From an uncultured Candidatus Saccharibacteria bacterium (GTDB taxonomy: Bacteria > Patescibacteriota > Doudnabacteria > UBA920), in contig CAZEKH010000001.1 of assembly GCA_964512925.1 (NCBI GenBank), positions 136,226-200,225 on the forward strand: a DNA stretch of 64,000 bases, given 5' to 3'. The notes under the pieces were generated by a model. That model saw only the letters and a program-made list of their open reading frames with translations. It made no database searches and was not told the DNA's origin. Numbering within the stretch: the first letter of the stretch is position 1; each line of letters opens with the position of its first letter. Positions 57,791 to 64,000 of the stretch are shown here, one piece after another. Position numbers and translations under genes: made by a program.

Positions 57791-58582
57791 ATGACCTATA
57801 AAATGGCAAGGGCGTGTTTGATTGCCCTTATTTTTCTTTCGCTTGTGTGTATCGTACCACAGGCGGAAGCGACAACAATCACCCCGTGGCAGGGGTCAGC
57901 CGCGGGTCGGACATACAACGACCCTGACTTCTCCGACGCCAAGGCCGACGCCTTGGCTAACGGCTTTCAGATCGCGCCCTCAAGCGCGATCACGACACAG
58001 GTGCTGGCCAGCACCTGTGTGTTCGTCATTAACGAGGCGTCCAACGCTCCGACAGCGGGAGAAATCTCCCTACTGGATGCGTGGGTTCGGAGTGGCGGTA
58101 CGTTAGTTGTTACCGCCGATTCCGGTTCAGCTGGGGTTGGATCTGGGAACGCCATCTTTTCGTCTTTGGGCGTTGGCTTGTCATTCGCGGGGATTGCAAC
58201 TCCTGGGGTGATCTTACCGTCGCCGTTCTCAGCAGGAATCGTTGGACAAAGCCTCACAAATTCTCCCGCTTCTGGGGTAACTGGTGGATCAGCCGTTGTT
58301 CAGACGCTGATTCATTATGCCACTCTTGGGCTTGGGATCGTGTTCGGGATGGGAGACGCGAATGTCGCTGCCGCTCATAACGCAGTCGTGGATCAGGTGA
58401 ATTTGGCTTTGGTCAAAAACATCTGCACTGTCGCAGGGTGTGCTGGCAGTACGGGCGGGGGCCCAGGCCCTGATCCGGGTGGGCAGACTCCAGATATGCC
58501 GACTTGGATTTTGGCGGGAACCGGCGGCTTAGGGATTTGGGGTGTCCCTGAGTTTAGACGCCGCCGCCGCTCACGCAAATAA
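57791..58582 (+). CDS. secreted Gly/Ala-rich protein, high GC (~58%), C-terminus resembling a PEP-CTERM-like anchor
   Basis: Signal peptide MTYKMARACLIALIFLSLVCIVPQAEA. C-terminal ...LGIWGVPEFRRRRRSRK. Confidence 0.5.
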   Translation: MTYKMARACLIALIFLSLVCIVPQAEATTITPWQGSAAGRTYNDPDFSDAKADALANGFQIAPSSAITTQVLASTCVFVINEASNAPTAGEISLLDAWVRSGGTLVVTADSGSAGVGSGNAIFSSLGVGLSFAGIATPGVILPSPFSAGIVGQSLTNSPASGVTGGSAVVQTLIHYATLGLGIVFGMGDANVAAAHNAVVDQVNLALVKNICTVAGCAGSTGGGPGPDPGGQTPDMPTWILAGTGGLGIWGVPEFRRRRRSRK

Positions 58583-58685
58583 ACCACCGCATAAGACGGC
58601 GAGATAAGCCCTGTCCGCACTAGGGCAGGGTAAAATTAGAAGGAGATTCCATCAACTTTGTCCCCCAAAGAGGGGACGCTTTCAG

Positions 58686-58717
58686 GCCGGCGCTCAACCA
58701 AGGCGCCGGTTTTTTTA
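58686..58717 (+). terminator. Rho-independent terminator
   Basis: GGCCGGCGC-tcaaccaa-GGCGCCGG followed by T7. Confidence 0.7.
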
Positions 58718-58779
58718 TATTCTCTTCTTTTGCGTAAATACCTACAACTTTGCTACGAAATTACTTGCAGTTTTCCCTC

Positions 58780-59100
58780 CCCTTGAGGGGGAGGGTTAGG
58801 GAGAGGTGATGCAGTGAATTTTTTTTCATCCTCGCGACTTGTCCTTCAGCAGTTTGAACGAAGGAGGAATGTGGGGATCTTGGTTTTTTGCCCTCTCCGA
58901 TATCGGAGAGGGTGTCCCGATGAACATCGGGACGGGTGAGATTTGAGCAATGGTGATAAAACATAAGTTTATTTAATTTTCTAACATTGTTACCTCACCC
59001 CTGACCCTCTCCGAAAGCGGAGAGGGGGAAGAGGATGCAAGATTCCCGCTGGAGTTTATCCCGATAAACATCGGGGCGGGAATGACAGCATTAAATGAAA
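58780..59100. repeat. second copy of the ~230-bp composite repeat unit (circularly permuted relative to 48437-48683)
   Basis: 58872-59005 matches 48553-48683. 59005-59095 matches 48437-48527, both at high identity. Confidence 0.75.
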
Positions 59101-59201
59101 AAAACCATAAATTTTGTGCAAAACCAGAGGATAAAGGGTGTATAAAACTCTTTGCAAAACAAGGCTTTTTATGGTAATATAAGTATATTATCAGCAAATT
59201 T

Positions 59202-59576
59202 ATGGTAGATATTACATTAAAAGCAATTGAGCAATTATTAGATCGGAAGTTAGAGCCGATTGTTGTTACATTGGATGCGGTTCAGGAAACAGTATCAGGT
59301 CATACTGAAAAGTTAGATAAATTACAAAAAGTAGTTTCTAACCATACTGAAATATTGGTTAAGCACTCAGAAAAACTTGATAATTTGGAGAAGATGGTTT
59401 CTGGACATACTGAGATTTTAAATTCTCATACTAAAATTTTGGATGGCATTAGCAAACAGCTTGTGGCTTTGTCTCAGGACAAGGCGGCAATGATAGAAAG
59501 ATTGGACAGGCATGAGAAAATCATTGAAGCTTTGGCAGCTAAGTTGAATTTGGACATCAAACATTTTTTTGTATAA
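59202..59576 (+). CDS. hypothetical coiled-coil protein with ~11-residue HTExL repeats
   Basis: Promoter TTGCAA..TAATAT upstream. Repeats SGHTEKLDKLQ / SNHTEILVKHS / SGHTEILNSHT. Confidence 0.45.
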   Translation: MVDITLKAIEQLLDRKLEPIVVTLDAVQETVSGHTEKLDKLQKVVSNHTEILVKHSEKLDNLEKMVSGHTEILNSHTKILDGISKQLVALSQDKAAMIERLDRHEKIIEALAAKLNLDIKHFFV

Positions 59577-59676
59577 GAAATTAGAAGAAAGTTTTTAAAT
59601 ATTAAAGTTTGTTACCTCACCCCAACCCTCTCCGAAAACGGAGAGGGGGTTTGGCCAGAAAATTAACAGAAACAAA

Positions 59677-60963
59677 ATGAAGAAAATATTATTGGGTTTT
59701 TTAAGTAGCGTGTTGGTTTTGGGACTTTTGCCGGTTTCGGTTTTAGCCATTGCGCCGGGCAAGGTTGTAGTTATAAAAAAAGTTATAAACGACAACGGTG
59801 GAAGCAAAGTTTCTGGTGATTTTACTATTGATCTCTATGTGAAAGACATCACCAGGCCGGCTAGCGAGCCTATGGTTTTGTGGTCAGAGTTTCCAGGACC
59901 CGTGTCGCCTGGCACAACTTTTAGCATAGGCGCTACTTCCTATAAAGTCACCGAGACCCCAGCGTCCGGTTATACAGCTTACTATTCTTCAGACTGCGAA
60001 GGCTCAGTTTCAAACGGAGAGGTTAAAACTTGTACTGTAACAAACAACGACCAGCCACCGAAAGTTACGGTTATAAAAAATGTAGTCGGTGGAAGCAAAA
60101 CTGCCGGGGATTTTGTAATGCAAGTTTATGGGCGCGATGTGACTCGGCCGGCGGATGAGCCCAATGTGCTTTTGGCGGAATTTCCAGGATCAGGCGGCGA
60201 GGGGACTACTGTAAATATCAATGCCGGAAGCTATGAAGTTAAAGAAATTGTGGATTTAGCTTATACCACCACTTTTTCCGAAGGTTGCAGCGGGACAGCC
60301 TCCGTTGGTCAGAACATCTCTTGTACAGTAACCAATACTTTTAAAAATTCTGAAGGTGGAAGTGGCGGAGGTTCGGGCGGCTCTGGCGGAAGCGGGGGAA
60401 CTGGAGGAGCTGGTGGAACTGGCGGCGGGGGTGGAGGTGGCGGTTTGCCAGTGACCTCTGGTTCAATATCCGGCAGCGTATATAACGATATCAATACAAA
60501 CCAAGTCAAAGACGGTACAGATACAGGACTTTCTGGCTTTACAGTTTTTCTGGATGCCAATGACAACGGACAGCTAGATTCCGGCGAGGCTACAGCTCTA
60601 AGCGGCGCAAACGGAGCCTATGTTTTTTCTGGAATACCTTTCGCAATTTATAATATTAGAGTAGTAGCTCAGCCAGGTTGGAGCATTGCTTTTCCAACCT
60701 TAGCATCTGGCAATAAATATACAGTCAATGTAAGCAGTATCCAACCCAATCATTTTGTTAAAGACTTTGCCTTAAACAACAAGGGTGTGATTTTAGGAGC
60801 GTCTACCGGCCCAGGTGGCAGTACAGCGCCCGGCGCTTCTGACCCTGCAATTTTAGGAGCAGTCACTGAACTGCCCAGAACAGGTTTGCCAGCCAGCCTG
60901 CCTGCATTGTTTGCAGGGCTTGGTATAGCGGGATTTTTACTGAAAAAGAAAAAATTTGTTTAA
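59677..60963 (+). CDS. LPXTG-anchored cell-surface protein
   Basis: Signal peptide. Gly-rich linker. C-terminal LPRTG + hydrophobic segment + KKKK tail. Confidence 0.7.
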   Translation: MKKILLGFLSSVLVLGLLPVSVLAIAPGKVVVIKKVINDNGGSKVSGDFTIDLYVKDITRPASEPMVLWSEFPGPVSPGTTFSIGATSYKVTETPASGYTAYYSSDCEGSVSNGEVKTCTVTNNDQPPKVTVIKNVVGGSKTAGDFVMQVYGRDVTRPADEPNVLLAEFPGSGGEGTTVNINAGSYEVKEIVDLAYTTTFSEGCSGTASVGQNISCTVTNTFKNSEGGSGGGSGGSGGSGGTGGAGGTGGGGGGGGLPVTSGSISGSVYNDINTNQVKDGTDTGLSGFTVFLDANDNGQLDSGEATALSGANGAYVFSGIPFAIYNIRVVAQPGWSIAFPTLASGNKYTVNVSSIQPNHFVKDFALNNKGVILGASTGPGGSTAPGASDPAILGAVTELPRTGLPASLPALFAGLGIAGFLLKKKKFV

Positions 60964-61002
60964 GAACAATCCCTTCCCAAAAATGGGAGGGGATTTTGGT
61001 AT

Positions 61003-61617
61003 ATGAAATATATAAAAAAAATTATACTTTGGGTTTTGTTTTTGTTGGTCTTATGTACGGTGTCAGTGGTGCTGTTGAATTTTCGGTATTTTGTTTTGCA
61101 GTATCAGCTTTTGGTGTCCGGCAAGCCGCCAGAGATAGAGGCGCCGCAAATTTCTAAAAATTCTCAAACGTTGGAAAAAAATGAAAAGCCAAATTATCTT
61201 TGGATTCCATCTTTGGGCATTGAAGCTCCCATAGTATATGTGGATGGAATAACTGACCAAATTTTTCAAGAAGCTTTAGGAAAAGGTGTAGTGCATTTTC
61301 CTCAAACCGCCAAGCCAGGGGAATATGGCAACTGTTACATATTTGGCCATAGCAGCGACTATGCCTGGAGCAAAGGTTCGTACAAAACAGTATTTGCTTT
61401 GCTAACCAAGATTCAGCCAGGGGCGGAAATATTGGTTTCAGATAGTATTGGCAAAGTTTATTTCTATAAAGTTTTGGAAGCAAAAGTGGTAAGTAAAAAG
61501 GATGTGGGCCTGCTGTCCCAGGAAAAATATACAAAAAAACTTTTAACTTTACAAACTTCTTATCCGATAGGCACAGCTTTAAAGCGCTATATTGTTCGCG
61601 CGGAGTTGTCTGAGTAA
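61003..61617 (+). CDS. sortase-fold protein with Ser in place of the catalytic Cys (TLQTS instead of TLxTC)
   Basis: N-terminal TM anchor. Conserved His in NCYIFGHSS. LLTLQTSYP...RYIVRAE matches sortase TLxTC...R spacing, but the codon is TCT (Ser). Confidence 0.55.
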   Translation: MKYIKKIILWVLFLLVLCTVSVVLLNFRYFVLQYQLLVSGKPPEIEAPQISKNSQTLEKNEKPNYLWIPSLGIEAPIVYVDGITDQIFQEALGKGVVHFPQTAKPGEYGNCYIFGHSSDYAWSKGSYKTVFALLTKIQPGAEILVSDSIGKVYFYKVLEAKVVSKKDVGLLSQEKYTKKLLTLQTSYPIGTALKRYIVRAELSE

Positions 61618-61618
61618 A

Positions 61619-61660
61619 TCCAGCACTACTTTTTGCTACAAAAAGTGGTGCTGGATAAAA
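61619..61660. other. long perfect hairpin (possible terminator)
   Basis: TCCAGCACTACTTTTTG-cta-CAAAAAGTGGTGCTGGA. Confidence 0.4.
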
Positions 61661-61702
61661 AGTGTGGTATAATAATATAAATACAAAATTAATCTTTTTG
61701 AA

Positions 61703-62014
61703 ATGAAAAATAAAGCAACATTTGCAGCTTTACTAGCTGCTATCGTATTTGGCGCCGTGTTCCCAACTCTGTCTTTGGCGCAAAATTTCGATGTTTTAAA
61801 TGAACAACGGGAAGAGGCAAGGACTTTGGAACAAGCCAGGCCAAGCGGTTTGCAGTTTGAACAGGCTTTGCCTGACGCAGATCCTTCAGTTATGGCGGTT
61901 GGCGAGGTTAAGGGGGCTTCTACCAAGCTGCCCAGAACCGGAGCTCCGCTTCTGGCACTTGCGATTTCTGCCTTAGCCGGGACTTTCGCGTTCCTCAAAA
62001 GAAAGAAAATTTAA
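61703..62014 (+). CDS. small LPXTG-anchored secreted protein
   Basis: Signal peptide. C-terminal LPRTGAPLLALAISALAGTFAFLKRKK. Confidence 0.6.
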   Translation: MKNKATFAALLAAIVFGAVFPTLSLAQNFDVLNEQREEARTLEQARPSGLQFEQALPDADPSVMAVGEVKGASTKLPRTGAPLLALAISALAGTFAFLKRKKI

Positions 62015-62079
62015 ACTCTGCCAAAGCCCCGCTCTAAAGTCAGCCGAACAGGCAGACAGGGCGGGGTTTTAGAAATCAA

Positions 62080-62985
62080 ATGCCAGTTAAAACCAAACCT
62101 TCAACAATTGTTAAATCTTCAAACAAAAAAGCTTTGTTAAAAGCGGTTTTGGTTGTAAAAAAAAGGTCAAAGCTAAAGAATGCCGAAGCGATAAAAATTA
62201 AAAAAAATTCTAGAGCAGAAAAGAACAAGTCCGGAGTTTTAGCATTGAAAAAAAATAAAACCGTTAAACTTAAAAGCCCCCCAGAGTTTTTAATTTCCAA
62301 GCCCAGAGAGTACAGCCTTAGGCAAATTTTGCTGAAGCTGGAAACAGAAAAAATAAATTTAAAACCACAGAGCCCCGTTAAAGTTTTTTTAAGAAATTTT
62401 GTTACAGCCTCAGGAGCGGCGGTTTTGTGTTGGATGGTGTTAAATTCCCCGTATTTTTTTGTAGCCGCCAAGCAGGAGATAAATCAAATTTCAAAATCAG
62501 CGGAAACAAGCGGTGCTCAGGAAATGATTCAAACTAAGATATTACCAGAGCTTAAGACAAATGAAATTTATATTCCAAATTTGCAAATTCGGGCTCCGAT
62601 AGTTTATGCCCAAAATAAAGATGAGTCCGAATTTCAAAAATCTTTGAGATTTGGCGTCGTGCACTATCCGGAAACCGTAATGCCTGGCGAAAAAGGCAAC
62701 TGTTATATCTTTGGCCATAGTTCTGATGCGGCCTGGACAAAAGGCGAATATAAAACAGTGTTTGCGGCGCTTCCCCAGATAGTCACTGGCGAGTCCATTT
62801 ATATTTCCGATCCTGAAGGCAGGGTTTATGTTTATAAAGTTTATGAGACTTTGGTTGTTTCGGCTTCTGACACCAAGTATATTTCTGAAAATTTTGGAGA
62901 AAAAACGATATTAACTCTTCAAACTTCCTATCCTGTGGGGACTGCTTTAAAAAGGTATATAGTTCGAGCGGAGGTTTTAGAGTAA
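62080..62985 (+). CDS. sortase-fold protein paralog, also with TLQTS (Ser) and Lys-rich N-terminal extension
   Basis: NCYIFGHSSDAAW ... ILTLQTSYPVGTALKRYIVRAEV. Ser codon TCC differs from the paralog's TCT. Confidence 0.55.
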   Translation: MPVKTKPSTIVKSSNKKALLKAVLVVKKRSKLKNAEAIKIKKNSRAEKNKSGVLALKKNKTVKLKSPPEFLISKPREYSLRQILLKLETEKINLKPQSPVKVFLRNFVTASGAAVLCWMVLNSPYFFVAAKQEINQISKSAETSGAQEMIQTKILPELKTNEIYIPNLQIRAPIVYAQNKDESEFQKSLRFGVVHYPETVMPGEKGNCYIFGHSSDAAWTKGEYKTVFAALPQIVTGESIYISDPEGRVYVYKVYETLVVSASDTKYISENFGEKTILTLQTSYPVGTALKRYIVRAEVLE

Positions 62986-62994
62986 CATAAGTTT

Positions 62995-64000
62995 ATGAGG
63001 GTTAAAAACCCATCACAATTTGGGCATTCGACTGTGGAAATACTGGTAGCGGCATTTATTTTGGCTTCAGCTTTAGTTGCTGTTCTGATGATTGTTTGGC
63101 AACAATTGGCTTTAGCTTTGTCGGGAGAGATGTTTCAAAAAGCTACTCAAAAAGCGATGACAGCTTTGATTGAAGGTCAGACGGTTTTAAGAAGCAATTT
63201 TGAAGCCAGTATAGACAAAAATGAAACCGATGGAATTTTTGCCTTAAGTCTGAATAAGGATTTTTTAAGCCCACAAGCTGAAAAAGTCATGTCAAAAGTT
63301 TCTTGGCAGGATGCTTTTTATGGGCAGAGAGAGATCGAAATGTCCGGTAATGTCTGGGATCTGAGCCATATGGGCGGAGCAGACACCTGCGGACTGGGTT
63401 TTTCCGGCAGCTGGATAAGCGCCAATACTTTGGGAAGTTATTATGCCGATCCGGCTAACCCAATTATTGACGCTGATGTAGATGATAAAAAAATATATGT
63501 TGCAACAAACTCTTCCGCGTCTTCTCTGGAAGATTTTTTTATTTTAGATGCCTCAGACCAGCTCAATCCTCAGAAATTATCCACTTCCGTTTTAAATACC
63601 GGACCTGGATTGGCTGCTCTTCAAAAGAGCGGTGATTATATATTTGCCGCCAATGACGGCACAGCCCAGCAGCTTCATATTATTAAAGTGTTAAATCCCG
63701 AGGCGCCAACGTTAGTTTTAAAATTGCGAGTACCCAATTTTAACGGCCTGCAATCTGACGGAACAGGCTCATCTGTGCTAGTTTATGGCACAAAATTATT
63801 TTTAGGTTTAACAAAGAACAATGGTCCGGAATTGCATATTTATGATGTTAGTAATCCAGAAGCTCCTTTATGGTTGGGTTACTTTGAAACAAACAGCGCT
63901 GTCAATGCGATGACAGCTTTTCGCGGCAGATTGTATTTGTCCGTTGCCTCAGGAGATCAGTTGGTGATTTTAGACATCAGCGATGCCCATCATCCTGTAA
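62995..64000 (+). CDS. pilin-like protein fused to LVIVD-repeat beta-propeller (3' end beyond window); paralog of 53057-54526
   Basis: ATG at 62995 (absent from the ORF track because no stop lies within the window). N-terminus FGHSTVEILVAAFILASALVAVL. Repeats ELHIYDVSNPEAP, QLVILDISDAHHP. Confidence 0.5.
   Translation, partial: MRVKNPSQFGHSTVEILVAAFILASALVAVLMIVWQQLALALSGEMFQKATQKAMTALIEGQTVLRSNFEASIDKNETDGIFALSLNKDFLSPQAEKVMSKVSWQDAFYGQREIEMSGNVWDLSHMGGADTCGLGFSGSWISANTLGSYYADPANPIIDADVDDKKIYVATNSSASSLEDFFILDASDQLNPQKLSTSVLNTGPGLAALQKSGDYIFAANDGTAQQLHIIKVLNPEAPTLVLKLRVPNFNGLQSDGTGSSVLVYGTKLFLGLTKNNGPELHIYDVSNPEAPLWLGYFETNSAVNAMTAFRGRLYLSVASGDQLVILDISDAHHPV

Noticed and set aside
1-64000. 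rRNA genes, group I/II introns, inteins, integrase or transposase genes
   Set aside because: No 16S/23S/5S-like conserved blocks. rpoC, uvrA and other large proteins have normal lengths without intein-like inserts. No recognisable recombinase or transposase motifs in any frame.

Overview
This 64-kb window looks like part of a small bacterial chromosome (roughly 47% GC, compact, many intrinsic terminators). Several features suggest a monoderm or Patescibacteria (CPR)-like organism, though that assignment is inference only: sortase-like genes with LPXTG substrates, a type IV pilus locus with no secretin or PilMNO, many orphan hypothetical genes and abundant selfish nucleases.

Solid housekeeping calls:
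- rpoC (5' partial)
- valS, tsaD, an ECF sigma factor with a membrane partner, engB
- htrA, trxB, a riboflavin-kinase-domain protein, an EamA-family transporter
- efp and the rpsF-ssb-rpsR operon
- ychF, a phosphohexomutase, trpS, RNase J
- an ABC substrate-binding protein, secG, uvrC, uvrA
- tRNA-Glu(UUC) and tRNA-Leu(CAG)

The accessory content is unusually rich:
1. At least three families of GC-rich palindromic repeat elements sit intergenically, and at least a dozen copies are inserted in frame inside conserved genes (valS, tsaD, trxB, ribF, ychF, pgm, uvrC, uvrA). This resembles Rickettsia palindromic elements (RPEs).
2. Four small stand-alone GIY-YIG nuclease genes and one DUF559 endonuclease gene are present, several flanked by direct or inverted repeat hairpins.
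3. One GIY-YIG gene interrupts the pilus locus and another is fused upstream of a pilin-like reading frame.
4. The type IV pilus locus (pilB, pilC, pseudopilins, pilA) carries two paralogous pilin-like proteins fused to LVIVD-type beta-propeller repeats. These are candidate pilus-tip adhesins.
5. A tandem pair of sortase-like genes has the catalytic Cys of the TLxTC motif replaced by Ser in both copies. They sit next to two LPRTG-anchored substrates.
6. Two paralogous modules each consist of a high-GC gene for a secreted PEP-CTERM-like protein followed by a ~230-bp composite repeat cluster (48.1-49.2 kb and 58.6-59.1 kb).
7. A tRNA-Glu is followed by a broken tandem tRNA copy and a low-GC islet of immunity-like genes (SUKH/SMI1-KNR4).
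8. An AbiEii-like nucleotidyltransferase pair lies beside the pilus locus.

No rRNA, CRISPR array, intein or intron was found.
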